Shown here: one piece after another, positions 1 to 50,085 of the stretch | Layout of the letters: every line of letters starts with the position of its first letter | Position numbering within the stretch: position 1 is the first letter of the stretch | Assembly: GCA_963920595.1 (NCBI GenBank) | Contig: OY986948.1 | Location: 4,402,001-4,466,000 of the forward strand | Source of the DNA: Eimeria praecox | Lineage: Eukaryota | Length of the DNA: 64,000 bases | Direction of reading: 5' to 3' | The notes under the pieces: generated by a model | The model's input: only the letters and a program-made list of their open reading frames with translations | The model's database searches: none | What the model was told of the DNA's origin: nothing | Position numbers and translations under genes: made by a program

Positions 1-19847
<19,847 letters not shown>

Positions 19848-20571
19848 ATATTTTAAAATATACAAATATTTGCTGCTGCTGCTGCTGCTGCTCCTGCTGC
19901 TGCTGCTGTTCTTAATGCTGCAGCAACAGTGGTTGATGCAGCAGCAGCAGAAGAAGAAGCAGCTGCAGCTACAGCTGCGGTGGCTGCGGCAGTTCCTCCT
20001 GCAGGTGGTGCTGCTGCAGTTTCTGCTGCAGCAGGTGCTGCTGCAGCAGGTGCTGCTGCAGCAGGTGCTGCTGCAGCAGGTGCTGCTGCAGCAGGTGCTG
20101 CTGCAGTTACAACTCCTGCTGCTATTGCTGCTGCTGCTGCTGCTGCTGCGGCTGTTGCCGCAGCAGCAGCAGCAGCTCGTCAAGGGCAGAGGAGAAGGCT
20201 AAGGAGGGTTGGTGTATATACAGCTGCAGCAGCAGCAACTCGCGTTGCTGCTTCCTGCTGCTGCTGCATCACCAGAAACCCCACACTTAACTGCCTCTAA
20301 AATTTTATTTTAAATATTTAAACACTGCTTTGCTGCTGTTGCTGCTGTTGCTGTTGCTGCTGCTGCTGTTGCTGCTGCTGCTGTTGCTGCTGCTGCAGTT
20401 CCAGACAATGCAACAGCAGCAACAGCAGCAACAGCAGCAACAGCAGCAGTTGCTGCTGCTGCTGATTTTGTAGTTTATGTTGCTGCTGCTGCTAACTCAG
20501 CTGCTGCTGCTGTTACAATTTCTGTTGTAGCTGCTGCTACTGCAGCAACAGCAGCAACTAAGCAGCAACAA

Positions 20572-20608
<37 letters not shown>

Positions 20609-20632
20609 TGCTGCTGCTGCTGCTGCTGCTGT

Positions 20633-20766
20633 TTAATCTAGGAGCCCGCAACAGAGAGCAGTTGGAGTTCTTCTTCTTCTGTTTGTTTTTTGTTTTTCTA
20701 CGTTTTCTTCATGAAGAGAAGCAGAAGAGCTATCGTCCCACAAGACAGACAATAAACCCACATCCT

Positions 20767-20799
<33 letters not shown>

Positions 20800-20861
20800 G
20801 CAGCAGTAGGCATATCAGCAACAGAGGAAAGAAACAGCAGAAGCAGCAGTAAGAGCAGCAG

Positions 20862-20900
<39 letters not shown>

Positions 20901-21326
20901 AAGCAGCAGCAGCAGCATGAGACTGCCAATCTGCTGCAGCTATATATTGTTTGAGGTGTACGTACACCGCAACAAAGACAAAACAGAAGAGAAAAATAAA
21001 GCAAAGAGAAACAGAAAATAAAAATAAAAATAAAAATAAAAATAAACATAAAAATAAAAATAAAAATAAACATAAAAATAAAAAGAAAGAGAGAGAAAGA
21101 GAGACAGAGAGAAGGAAAGTATATAAAAACACAAAAGGAGACAGAGAGAGACAAAGAGAGACAGAGAGAGAGAGAGAGAGACAGACACAGAGACAGAGAG
21201 AGAGACAGAGAAACAGACAGAGAGAGAGAAACAGAGAAAGAGACAGAGAGAGGGAGAGACAGAGACAGAGACAGAGAGAGAGATAGAGACAGACAGACAG
21301 AGAGAGAGATAGAAAGAGACAGAGAA

Positions 21327-21364
<38 letters not shown>

Positions 21365-22905
21365 GGAAAGAGACAGAGAGAGAGGGAGAGAGAGAGACAG
21401 ATAGAAAGAGACAGGGAGCGAGATAGACAGACAGAAGGAGGCAGAGACAGAAATGAAAAGAGACAGAGACAGAAAAGGAGGGACAGATAAAGAGAGAGAG
21501 AGACACATAAAGAGAGAGACAGACAAAGAGACAGAAGAAAGGACAGAAAGCAGAAGAGACAGAGAGAGAGAGACAGAAGAAGAGAGAGACAGAAGAAGAG
21601 ACAGGCAGGAGAAGAGACAGCAGAAGAGAGAGACAGAAGAAGAGACAGAAGAAGAGACAGAAGAAGGGAGAGAAGAAGAGAGAGACAGAAGAAGAGACAG
21701 AAGAAGAGAGAGACAGAAGAGAGAGACAGAAGAAGAGACAGGCAGCAGAAGAGACAGGCAGCAGAAGAGACAGACAGCAGAAGAGACAGAAGAAGAGACA
21801 GACAAAGAGAGACAGACGAAGAGACAGATAAAGAGAGACAGAAGAAGAAAGATAGAAGAAGAGACAGCAGAAGAGAGAGACAGCAGAAGAGACAGAAGAA
21901 GAGACAGACAGCAGAAGAGAGAGACAGAAGAAGAGACAGAGAGCAGAAGAGAGAGACAGAAGAGAGAGACAGAAGAAGAGACAGAGAGCAGAAGAGAGAG
22001 ACAGAAGAAGAGACAGAAGAAGAGAGACAAAGAAGAGACAGACAGCAGAAGAGAGAGACAGAAGAAGAGACAGAAGAAGAGAGACAGAAGAGACAGACAG
22101 TAGAAGAGACAGATAAAGAGAGACAGAAGAAGAGAAAGAAGAAGAGACAGCAGAAGGGAGAGACAGAAGAAGAGACAGCAGAAGAGACAGAAGAAGAGAC
22201 AGAGAGCAGAAGAGAGAGAGAGCAGAAGAGACAGAAGATGATACAAGATCCGTCCTCACCTGTTGTTTGTTTTTATGTATGTTGTTTGTATTTTTATTTA
22301 CAAGAGCAGCATAGCCTAAGTATGCAGCAGCATCTGCTGCAGCCCACTGCTGCTGCTGCTGCTGCTGCAGCTGCTGCTGCTGCTGCAGCTGCTGCTGCAG
22401 CAGCTGCTGCTGCTGTGTCTCCTCCCACACTGTGCTGTATGTGGGGCAAGTAAATGCTCTAGGGGCTGCGTTTAGTGTCTCCGTGTTTTGTCTTGACTGC
22501 TCGCTTACTATCAAACACAAATCAAAACAAGACAGAGACAGAAGATAGAGATACTGCCTCCCCTGTCTTTATATGTGTGTGTATGTGTGTGTGTGTCTGT
22601 CTCTCTGTCTATCTCTCTCTCGGCTTCTTTCTCTGTCTCTCTGTCTCTCTCTTCTCTCTTCCTGTCTCTCTCTGTCTCTCTGTCTGTCTCTCTCTCTCTC
22701 TCTCTGTCTCTCCCTCTGTCTCTCCCTCTGTCTCTCCCTCTGTCTCTCCCTCTGTCTCTCCCTCTGTCTCTCTGTCTCCTTCTGTCTCTCTGTCTCCTTC
22801 TGTCTCTCTGTCTCCTTCTGTCTTTCTCTGTCTCTCCGTCTTTTCTGTTGTTTTGTATATACGGAAAAAAAGAAAGAAGAAATAAAAAGAAAGAAGAAGA
22901 GAGAC

Positions 22906-22936
<31 letters not shown>

Positions 22937-23184
22937 CAGAGTTTGAGGAGGTCTGTCTCCTTCAAGGGCATCGAGGTTTAGGGTTTAGGGTTTAGGGTTT
23001 AGGGTTTAGGGTTTGTTTCTTCTTCTTTAAAAGATAATGGAGAGCCTCTCAGTATCTTCTATGATTCATAAATTTGCATATTAGGGTTAGGGTTTAGGGT
23101 TTAGGGTTTAGGGTTTAGGGTTTAGGGTTTGTGTGTCTCACGACCATAGAGCGGCAGATGATAGTAGGGGACGTTGTCATCCAT
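20633..23184 (-). CDS. Small hypothetical protein (~126 aa), 3 predicted exons: 23184-23142, 22465-22260, 20764-20633
   Basis: ATG at 23184, GTGAG donors at 23141 and 22259, and CAG acceptors at 22466 and 20765, with phases 1 and 0 matching. The product is MDDNVPYYHLPLYGPPRAFTCPTYSTVWEET(polyQ)WAAADAAAYLGYAALVNKNTNNIHKNKQQDVGLLSVLWDDSSSASLHEENVEKQKTNRRRRTPTALCCGLLD*. The exons are unique sequence within repeat DNA. No family was recognised. Confidence 0.6.
21085..22237. repeat. Purine-rich GA/GAGACAGAA degenerate repeat (intron 2 of the small minus-strand gene)
   Basis: Directly visible; essentially the reverse complement of the 14955-15960 repeat type. Confidence 0.9.
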
Positions 23185-24456
23185 GATTGTTTGTCTTCTG
23201 TAGTATAGTTTGAAGGTTTATAGGGTTTAGGGTTTAGAGATTAGGGTTTAGGGTTTAGGGTTTATAGCCCTCAAGGATTCAGGTGTCTAGGCAGCTACAG
23301 AATCAACACCACCACAACCACCGGGCGGCCGCTGGCTAGCGGCGTTCTTGAAGGTTTTAGACCCTTAAAAAATGTTTTTTTTTGTATATTTTATATTTTA
23401 AAATAAATAATTTAAATAAATAAATATTTATTGAAGAAAAACCATAAAAAATGATGCCGTTAAACCCTACTATCGATGGCTGTAGGCCATTGGTTAGGCG
23501 AAGTTTATTCAGGTGTATGTACACCTCAACAACAAACTCTCTCTCTTCTTATATTTTTATTTATTATTTTTTATTTACTTTCTATTTACTTTTAAATCAT
23601 TAACTGTTCTATTATAAACCTAAACACAATACCCTTAAGCCTATTTAAAAAACAATCCTAAACCCTAAACCCTAAACCCTAAACCCTAAACCCTAACTAC
23701 GCCTTCAGCGGTTGCCTCATGCATTGTTTTCTATCAATCTCTAAACCCTAAACCCTAACCCTTAACCCTCACTCTAACCCTTCAATCCCCTAAACCCTAA
23801 ACCCTAGTCTTTAGTCTTAAACCCTAAACCCTCTCTCTGATATCTAAGAACCATATCCTATATAAACTAAACCCTAAACCCTAAACCCTAGTCTTCTTAA
23901 GCCCTAGAGATTATCTTCCTACGTTCTAAACCCTAAACCCTAACCTCTAAACCCTAAACCCTCAGCTAAACCCCCGCAAAGAGGGAGAAACTGAAGGATA
24001 TAGAGAAGAAAGAAAACAAACAAATTAAATAAATAAATAAATAAATAAGATGAAGATAACTAACTTAGTTCGACAGACACACTAACTAGGGTTTAGGGTT
24101 TAGGGTTTAGGGTTTGTATGTGTTTAAGTAAGTAGCAGCAACAAATACAAGATGCAGTTCCTCTTTGATTCGACTGTCTCTGAATAAGCAAGAAAATATA
24201 AATTTAGTTTATATAATATAATATATATACATAAACATATATATAAGAAGAAGAAGAAGAAGAAGAAGAAGAATATAAAGAGCATGTATAATATACATAT
24301 ATATATATATATATGCCTATAATAATATATATAATACAAACATAATAAAGAAAAACACAAAGAAAAACACAATCAAAGTGAAGAAGCAAAAACAAAACCG
24401 CAAAGCTGCTGCTGCTGCTGCTGCTGCTACTGCAGCAGCAGCAGCAACAGCAGCAA

Positions 24457-24488
<32 letters not shown>

Positions 24489-24518
24489 AAAAGAAGAGCA
24501 CGGTCTTTAGGTGCTTTT

Positions 24519-38940
<14,422 letters not shown>

Positions 38941-39046
38941 GCCCCGCAGCAGCAGCCAGCAGCAGCAGACTACTGTTCTTCCTACTTAATTAGAGAAGCT
39001 GTTAAGACACCCGACACGAAGCAGCAACTACGAGAGGACATGCTGC

Positions 39047-39085
<39 letters not shown>

Positions 39086-39246
39086 AGCTGCTGCTGCTGG
39101 GGTTGTTGCTGCTGCTTTGTGCTAGCAACAAGGAGACGGGGGACACTGAGGTGTATAGACACCAGGAGAAGCAGAAACGTTTGCTGCTGCTGCTGCTGCT
39201 GCAGTTGCTGCGCTCGGGGGGCACCAGCACCACGCATAAAAACTGT

Positions 39247-39277
<31 letters not shown>

Positions 39278-39520
39278 TGCCGCTGCTGCTGCTCACAACA
39301 CCCACAGCAGCAGCAGCAGAGAGCCCCAATATCTATATCAAAGAAAGCAACAGAACGCAAGATTATATAACTCTACAATTAATAAACCTGATGTTGTTGT
39401 TGTTGTTGCTGCTGCTGCTGCTGCTGCAACAGCAACAGCAGCGGCTGCTGCTGCAGCAGCAGCAGCAGCAGCTGCTGCAGCAGCCGCCGCAGCAGAAACC
39501 TCGGCCACCGGATCCCCCCC

Positions 39521-39555
<35 letters not shown>

Positions 39556-39716
39556 TGCTGCAGCAACTTTATTAATATTGAACAGCAATAAAAATTTTTT
39601 ATTGTATGATATTTATCTATTTATATTATTAAATATATTTTAATAACTTTGTCTGTTTTATTCTTACTGAGGCTGCTGCTACTACTGCTGCTGCTGCTGC
39701 TGCTGTTGCCGCTGAA

Positions 39717-39775
<59 letters not shown>

Positions 39776-39983
39776 GGGGGGTTGGGTGAGGGGTCGGTGC
39801 TGCTGCTTGTGTTGTTATATTATGAATATACGATAAGAAATAATATTTTATGTTTAAATTAAAAAAGAGAGAGAAGACGATTTGGTGTGTTGAGGTGTAC
39901 ATACACCCGAAGCTACACCTTTGCTGCTGCTGCAGGCTAGAGAGGCAGACATGGTTCGTACGTAGGAGGGCTTGCTGCTGCTC

Positions 39984-40031
<48 letters not shown>

Positions 40032-40472
40032 TGCTGCAGTGTGTATTATTGCTGCTGCTGTTGCTACAACGTATGCATATGGAGGGTTAGTCCTCGTGCT
40101 GCTGCAGCTGCTGCTGCTGCTGCTGCGCTCGTGCTGCTGCTCTTGCTGCTGCTGCTGCGGGTCCGCGTCGCAGCAATTGTCTCTTCGTTACCTCGGTATA
40201 GCAGCAGCAGCAGCAGCAGCAAGAAGTTTGCTGTTCACAGCAGCACGAAACTAGCAGCAGCAGCAACAGAATTAGCTGCAGCAGCAACAGCAACAGCAGC
40301 AGCAGCAGCACCAGCAGCAGCAGCATCAGCAGCAGCTTTAGAGAAGTAGTAATGTAGGGTACAGAGACGAGTTAACAGACAGTTGTTGCTGCTGCTGTAG
40401 CAGCAGCAGCTGCTGCTGCTGCAGCTGCTGCTGTCTGCTAGAGGGGAGGGAACAGAAACCTGAAGCTGCTGT

Positions 40473-40515
<43 letters not shown>

Positions 40516-40928
40516 AGATCTGTAGGCGTAGGGATATCTGCTGCTGTCTGCTCTTGCTGCGATGCCTCGCAGCAGCTGCTGCTGCTGCTGCTCGTACACT
40601 ACCTGCTGCTGCTGCTGCTGCTGCTGCTGCTACGAGGTGTCTTCGGAGTTTGCTGCTGCTGCACATAACTAACGCCTTCTAGCAGCAGCAGGAAACACTG
40701 ATGCTGCGGCTGGCTCAGCAACGCTGCTGCTGCTGCTGCTGCAGCAGCAGCAGCAGCAGCAAATATTTGTACTTGCTGCTGTGTAGAGTTTGTATGGGGG
40801 AGCATGTCTTTCTCTGCTGCTGCTGCTGCTGCAGCAGCAGCAGCTGATGCTGCTGCTGCTGCTTTGTTTAGGGTTTAGTTGCTAGGAGTACTGTCAACAC
40901 TTTCAGCTTCTTGAGTTGCTGCTGCTGG

Positions 40929-40966
<38 letters not shown>

Positions 40967-41104
40967 GTCGCCCCACACAGCAGCAGCAGCAACTTCTGTA
41001 TCTTTCTTTGCCTGTCTCCTCCCAAGCTGAGGGGTTAGGGTTTAGGGTTTAGGGTTTATTAGGGTTTAGGGTTTAGACTCAAACTATTTTACGAGGCAGC
41101 CTCG

Positions 41105-41137
<33 letters not shown>

Positions 41138-41164
41138 TGTTTTGTGTGTGTGTCTGTCTCTGGT

Positions 41165-42640
<1,476 letters not shown>

Positions 42641-42662
42641 CAAACACCATCAACTCTCTTGT

Positions 42663-42699
42663 TTATATAAAGAGTCGTATGATTCTATCTACATGTGTT

Positions 42700-42740
<41 letters not shown>

Positions 42741-43509
42741 AGGTATAGCGCGTTGTAGGACTCCCCAGAAGACAGCTCGAACACCCGCTCTTGCTGCAGC
42801 AGCAGCAGCAGCAATTAAGCAACAACATGTGGGGTTTATAGGATGAAGGAACACACTAAGTGCTACAGCATTACTAGTAAATATTAACAGAGACACACAA
42901 TGCCGTAGCAGCAATGCTTCCCTCCATCCCATAATTAATAAAGTTAATATCTTACTGTACAAAGATAAACCCAATGCTGTTAGTAATACGCCTAATTCAA
43001 AATCATCTTCTTCTGATGATGCTGCTGTTGCTGCTGTTGTTGCTGCTGCTGCTGTTGCTGCTGTTGTTGCTGCTGCTGCTGTTGTTGCTGCTGTTGTTGC
43101 TGTTGTTGCTGCTGCTTCTCCTCTTTCTGCTGGTATCACTGCTGTTGATTCTGATGCTGTTGCTGCTGCTGTTGCTGCTGCTGTTGCTGCTGCTGTTGCT
43201 GCTGCTGTGGTTTTTATTGCTGCAGCGTTCGTAGCAACATTTCTAGCAGCAGATTCAGCAGCAGCAGCAGCAGCAGCAGCATCAGACCCATCAGCAGCAG
43301 CAGCAGCATCAGCAGCAGCACTAGATGCTGCCTGTCTCCTTCTTCTCCTTCTTCTTCTTCTTCTAGTTACTACAAGGATCCAAGTTAATAAAACAGCAGT
43401 TAGTAGGAATGCAAGCAACTCTGAAGCAGAAGACAGCAACACAAGTAGCTGCTGTTCTATTGCTGCACCAGATGAAGCAGACATACGATACGACAGATCC
43501 TCATACTCC

Positions 43510-43553
<44 letters not shown>

Positions 43554-43694
43554 TTGTTGTTGTTGTTGTTGTAGGTGCTGCTGCTGCTGCTGTTGCTGCA
43601 GCAGCAGCAGGTGCTGTTGCTGCTGGTTTTGCTGCTCCGATGTTACAGGCAGTAAAGACACGTCTAATAATACACTCCCGCTGCTGCTGCTGCT

Positions 43695-43729
<35 letters not shown>

Positions 43730-43912
43730 AGGAATGATTCTCACCATATTTGCGGTTGAGCCCATTGATCGAATCTGCTGCTGCTGCTGCTGCTGCTGTT
43801 GCTGTTGCTGTTGTTGCTGCTGCTGCTGCTATTCCTACGTTGTGGAGATGCTCGAGCAGCAAAATAGGACTGTGATTTGCTGCAAGACGGCAGATATAGC
43901 TGCTGCTGCTGC

Positions 43913-43943
<31 letters not shown>

Positions 43944-44065
43944 ACTGCTGCTGCTGCTGCTGCAGTATTTATTATGAGGAGAGAAGATAGCAGCAAAACC
44001 ACAAAGCAGCAGAGCTAACAACGAGGGCCTCCGAAAGAGGCTCCCTCTCTTGCTGCAGCTGCTGC

Positions 44066-44100
<35 letters not shown>

Positions 44101-44247
44101 TGCTGCAGCTCTGAAGCAACCGAAGCAGCAGAAACCCCATCCTGCTGTTGCAGTACAGACACCGCAGGATCAATCCCTGCGTAGATGCTGCTGCTGCTGC
44201 TGCTGTTGCGGCTGCTACTGTTGCTGTTGCTGCTACTGTTGTTGTTA

Positions 44248-44283
<36 letters not shown>

Positions 44284-44370
44284 TTGTTGTTATATGCCGC
44301 ACATTTTGTCTCTGTATTCGCACTCTGGCTGTTGTCCTGCTGCTTCCGCTGCTGCTGCTGCTGCTGCTGC

Positions 44371-44401
<31 letters not shown>

Positions 44402-44759
44402 TCCGCTGCTGCTGCTGCTGCTGCTGCTGTTGCTGCTGCTGTTTATGTTGGGGCGAATGGAGCAGGAACCATTCTAAGTATGCATCAAAGAAAACACAAG
44501 CAACAGTAAATTTAATGATGCTGGGGGGTACAGATCCCCGAGTGTGGGGTTGTCTGTTATATAGGAGGTGTCTATACACCTGAGGTTTATGTAGAAGTAA
44601 ATCTAAAGCTAGCAGCAACGAATCGTGCTGCTGATATGCATCCGCGATTTTATTACAATTGCTGCAAGATAGTAAACGGATGTTATCTGAGCCTGAGGGG
44701 AATGTCTTGTAGATACACTCCACTGGGGAGCCACATTCGATACAGACAAGACGGCCCCG

Positions 44760-44807
<48 letters not shown>

Positions 44808-44894
44808 GTTGTGGTGCTGCTGGTGCTGCTGCTGCTGCTGAAGCTGCAGCTCCCGGATGGGCTCGAGGCTTCCTGCATGGCAGGAGGAAAACAT
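42663..44894 (-). CDS. ARV1: Arv1 family protein (ER membrane sterol/GPI homeostasis), apparently single exon, expanded by polyQ/S/A tracts
   Basis: Arv1 homology domain CIECG...IYKTF...NIRLLSCSNCNKIADAY...LDLLLHKPQVYRHLLYN, followed by several hydrophobic segments. The ATG at 44894 directly follows a CAG, so an upstream exon cannot be excluded. Confidence 0.9.
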
Positions 44895-44913
44895 CTGCAG
44901 AATCCTCTGCTGC

Positions 44914-44964
<51 letters not shown>

Positions 44965-45111
44965 TGCTGCTGGAGTTGCTGCTATGGCTATAGCTGCTGC
45001 TGCTGCTGCAGCAACAGATACTATGCTGTCGAAATCTATGTAAATAATTTTAAAACATCTACTAAATACAAACAGAAAAAGAAAGAAATGCTGTTGGTTG
45101 ACTCCACCTGC

Positions 45112-45155
<44 letters not shown>

Positions 45156-45326
45156 CTGTCTGTCTGTCTGTCTGTCTGCTGCAGCTGCTGCTGCTGCTGT
45201 TTGTTGCTGCTGCAATGTCTGAGGTCATAGAAAACAGAATATCTCTCTCTCTTTATTTAATTGTTTTATATATTTTATATTAAATATTAAATAAGAAGGA
45301 TAGAAGTTGTTTATTTGTTAGGTTGT

Positions 45327-45358
<32 letters not shown>

Positions 45359-45514
45359 TTGCTGCTGTTGTTGTTGTCGGGGCTGCAGCAGCAGCAGCAG
45401 CAACAGCAGCAACAGCAGCAACAGCAGTTGGTTGAATATATTAGATTTCTCTGCAGCAATAAATAAAATTAAAAGGATATTGTGATATACATTCAAATAC
45501 TTTGGATTAGTGCT

Positions 45515-45546
<32 letters not shown>

Positions 45547-45615
45547 CAGCTTCGCTCGTGCTGCCTAGCTTGCTGCTGTAGGCTGCAGCAAGCTAGGTAG
45601 CTACAGCAGCAGCAA

Positions 45616-45656
<41 letters not shown>

Positions 45657-45887
45657 GCAACACACTGAAGCAAAGACAAATGCGAGCTGCAGAAGCTGCA
45701 GCATGGTCCTCGGGGTCGAGAGCAGCAGCAGCAGCAGCAACTGCAGCAGCAGCAACTGCAGCAGCAGCAACTGCAGCAGCAGCAACAGCAGCAGCAACAG
45801 TATCATAGATGGAAGCTAGAGAAGCAGCAGCCACAACAAGAGCAGCAGCAGCAGCAGCAGCAACAACAACATGAGCAGCAGACGAGA
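44895..45887. promoter_or_regulatory. Putative shared upstream region of divergent ARV1 and MON2
   Basis: Head-to-head ORFs about 1 kb apart, with a central AT-rich unique stretch (about 45230-45500). Inferred from position only. Confidence 0.4.
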
Positions 45888-46115
45888 ATGACAGCAGCAG
45901 CAGACAGCGCTGCCGACCCTGCTGCTGCTGCTGCTGCTGCTGCAGCAGCAGCAGCAGCACCTTCTTCTGCTGCAGCAGCAGCAGTTGGAGATGCTGTAGC
46001 AGCAAATGAGGATGAAGCCTTACGTGGGGGCGCAGCAGCAGCAGACTCCCTGCCAACAACAGCAGCAGCAACAGCAACAGCAGCAGCAGCACCACCACCA
46101 CCACCAGAGGCAGCA

Positions 46116-46169
<54 letters not shown>

Positions 46170-46265
46170 GCTCGATTTCCGTGGAATGAACAGAGAGAGG
46201 CAGCACTTGAGGCTTGCAGTGCTGTGGATAGAGAGTTAAAGGGTTTGCTGGTAGAGAGCAAGAAG

Positions 46266-46297
<32 letters not shown>

Positions 46298-46649
46298 GTT
46301 ATATGAGGCTTGTGCTGCTGCTGCTGCTCTGCTGCAGCAGCATACAGATAGATTGAGCGAGGGGCTGCCTGTGTTAGCTGCAGCAGTAGAACGATCTGCA
46401 GCAGCAGCATCGCAGCAAGGTGCAGCAGCAACAGCAGCAGCAGCAGCAGCATCAGAAGCAGCAACAGCAGAAGCAGCAGCAGAAGCAGCAGCAAGCCTTC
46501 TTGCTGCATTCCCTGTGAGAGATATTGTTCTAGTAGCGCGTGAAGCAGCAAAGACAGACAGCATTAAGCTGCTGCTTGGTGCTACTAACCTGCTGCGGTG
46601 TTTGCTGCTGCATCAGCAGCGTCGGCTGCTCATGACACCTCACACCCCA

Positions 46650-46696
<47 letters not shown>

Positions 46697-47013
46697 GCAG
46701 TTGATGTCAGTGCAAGGGGACACCTTGCAGCAAAAGTCTGGGGTTGATATTGATGGTGCTGCTGCTGCTGCTGCAGCAGCAGCAGCAGCAGCAGAGGCAG
46801 CAGCTTCAGATGTGCTGCTGCTGGTGTCTGTACTTGAAGATCTAATGCAGCAATCGTTGCTGCTGCAGCAGCAGCAGCAACAGCAGCAGCTGCAGATACG
46901 GCTGCTTCAGGTCTCCCTTCTTGTTGCTGCTCCTGAGGCTCGAGTTGCTGCTGATGCTGCAGTTGTACATAGGTTAGCTCGTTTGTTTGTTTGGTTTGTA
47001 GGAGCAGCAGCAG

Positions 47014-47044
<31 letters not shown>

Positions 47045-47060
47045 ACCTGCTGCAGCCCCA

Positions 47061-47096
<36 letters not shown>

Positions 47097-47228
47097 TCGT
47101 ATGCTAAGATAGGAGGAGGAGGAGGAGGAGCAGCAGCAGCAGCAGCAACAAATGCCCCTGTCTTTCACGGTGCATGCGCGGGTTTAGAGCAGCTCATCGG
47201 CTGCCTCGTTGGCGGGGCGCTGCAGGAG

Positions 47229-47287
<59 letters not shown>

Positions 47288-47382
47288 GCAGCATCTATTG
47301 ATGCAGCAGATGCAACCGGGGCGGGCAGGAAAGGCTCTGCTGCATCTGCTTGAGGATTTGACGCATGTGCTGCTGCAGTCCT

Positions 47383-47415
<33 letters not shown>

Positions 47416-48036
47416 GCAGCAGCAAGAGCAGCAGCAAGTCTATGAATGCTGCAGCAGCGTGGCTAGGGGGTTTGTCTCTTCCTGCGTCTGTCTGTCTGCA
47501 TCTGTGGTTGTGGTTGCTGCTGCAGCATCCTTCTCTTCCGCTGCTGCTGCCTGGTTTGCTGCTGCTGCTGCAGCAGCAGCTCTGTCCTGTGCTGCAGCAG
47601 TTGCTGCAGCAGCAGCAGCAGCTAGAGAAGCCAGCATTGCTGCGTGCTGTGAGGCTTGTTGTGCTTCTTATTTGTATGTACTTTCCTCTGCTGCAGCAGC
47701 AAATAACACCGCTGCTGCTGCTGCTGCTGCGGCTAGCTGATGCAGCAGCACCTTGGGTTAGGGCCCTTGCTCTAGAGTCTTTAAGTGTTTGCTGCAGCGA
47801 TCCCGTGCTGCTGCTGCAGCTAGCTGCCCCCGAAACCCCTGCTGCTCCTGCTGCTGCTGCTGCTGCTGCTCCTGCTGCTGCTGCTGCTACTGATGCTCCT
47901 GCTGCAGCAGCAGATGCTGCAGAGCAAGGAGGGGGAACTGATGCAACAGCAACATCAGCAACATCATCATCAGCAACAGCAGCAACAGCAGCAACATCAT
48001 CATCAGCAGCAACAGCAGCAACAACAGCAGCAGCAA

Positions 48037-48068
<32 letters not shown>

Positions 48069-48087
48069 ACATCATCATCAGCAGCAA

Positions 48088-48140
<53 letters not shown>

Positions 48141-48297
48141 CGGCCCCCCTCACGCCGTTTAGTAGGACAAATTCTTGAGACGCTGAGTCGTACCATTCAT
48201 CATATTTGCTTCGCTTCTGCTGCAGAGCAGCAGCAGCAGCTGCTGCTGCTGCACAAGGAGGCCTTCCATCTGTCTGACGATCCTGCTGCTGCTGCTG

Positions 48298-48335
<38 letters not shown>

Positions 48336-48562
48336 GGCGGGCATCAGCGTAACTCAGGTGTACGCACAGCTGTTGGACGCATTCGTGCTGCTGCTGCTGC
48401 TGCTAGGAAAGAAGCACCTGGTTGCTGGATCGCGCTGCAGCACAGCAGCAACAGCAGCAGCAACAGCAGCAGCAGCAACAACAGCAGCAGCAGCAACAGC
48501 AGCAAGGTGGGGCTAGGAATGTTCTCCCCTGATGCTGCTTTGCTGCAGAGCAGCCGCAGCAA

Positions 48563-48606
<44 letters not shown>

Positions 48607-48677
48607 CCACAAGCAGCCGGGCCAGTAGCCCCCGTAGGAGCGCGAGCGGGCCTTCGGGAGCAGCAGCAGCAGCAGCA

Positions 48678-48711
<34 letters not shown>

Positions 48712-48787
48712 CTAATACACCTAGATTAAGACAGGGGTCCATCAGCTCCTTAGGATTTGGTTCGCGTGAGCTGCAGCAGCAGACAGC

Positions 48788-48820
<33 letters not shown>

Positions 48821-49397
48821 CAGCAGCAGCAACATCCGCAACAAGACTTCATCGACAGAATCTTCTGGCTCTGCTGCTGCTGCAGCAGCAGCAGCAGCAG
48901 CAGGAGGAGGAGGAGGGTTAGAAGTATGGGATACAGCACCTCGGCTGCTGGAGTGCTGTGCTGCCTTAGGCCGGCCAGAAGAAGAAGCAGCAGCAGCAGC
49001 AGCAGCTGCTGCTGCTGCTGCTTCTAGATCGAGGTTGCTGCATATAGCTCTGTCAGGTTTGCTGCTGTCGGTTGAGACGCTGTTTGTAGCTACACTAGAA
49101 GCTGCTGCTGCAGCTCCACCTGCAGCAGCATACGGTTCTATTGCTGCTGCTGCTGCTGCTGCTGCTGCTGGGGGTGCTGCTGGTGCTGCTGGTGCTGGTG
49201 CAGCAGCAGCAGCAGGAGATCCCGTACAGCAGCGAAGAAGGTTGCTGCAGCTGCTGCTGCTGCAGCCGCTAGACACCCCCTTCACGCAGCAGCAAGCCTG
49301 CTGCTGTGCTGCTGCTGCAGCAGGTTGGAGTCCTGCTGTATCTGCTTTAGGGTTAGTTCTTACTGCTCACGTATCTCTCACCCTTCAAACAGCAGCT

Positions 49398-49429
<32 letters not shown>

Positions 49430-49606
49430 GAAGGATATGGGTTTGATATCCGCGCAACAAGCAGCAGCAGCAGCAGCAGCAACCAAGACGTTGCTCTGCT
49501 GCTGCTATAGGCTAATAGCTATCTGTTGTCTTCTTCGTGTTGCTGCTGCTGCTGCAGCAACCCTTCATTCTATCACACGATTTTGTATATATGCTGCAAT
49601 GGGAAG

Positions 49607-49638
<32 letters not shown>

Positions 49639-49828
49639 CAGCAGGACATGACCCCACATCTCACCTCCATCGCAGCAGCAGCAGCAGCAGCAGCAGCAGC
49701 ACAGGTTCTTCTTCTTCTTCTTCAGCAGCAGCAGTTGTTGCTGCTGCAGGTGGTGCTGCAGCAACCTTAGGTCTTACTAGTGCTGATGCTTTGAGTTGGT
49801 TGTTTGGTAGGCGCGACAGCAAAAGCAA

Positions 49829-49869
<41 letters not shown>

Positions 49870-50024
49870 GCAGCAGCAAACTGCAGCAGCAGCAGGTCTT
49901 TCAGCTTGCTGCTGCTGGTCGTACCTTCTTACTTTCTGTTTTATCTAACTTAGGTAGTATATTATCTCCTTCTTGTTGGTTGCTGTGTCTCCGTGCCCTC
50001 GAAGAACTGCCTCCCTTGGACCCT

Positions 50025-50085
<61 letters not shown>

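Noticed and set aside
20633..22520. 537-aa and 526-aa minus-strand ORFs rich in L/S/C/F
   Set aside because: They are read-through of a stop-poor intronic microsatellite; only short end segments are plausible exons.
39040..40349. Plus-strand ORFs upstream of the NOT1 core
   Set aside because: They are dominated by CAG/CTG translations, and the region more likely holds unresolved 5' exons or UTR of NOT1 on the minus strand.
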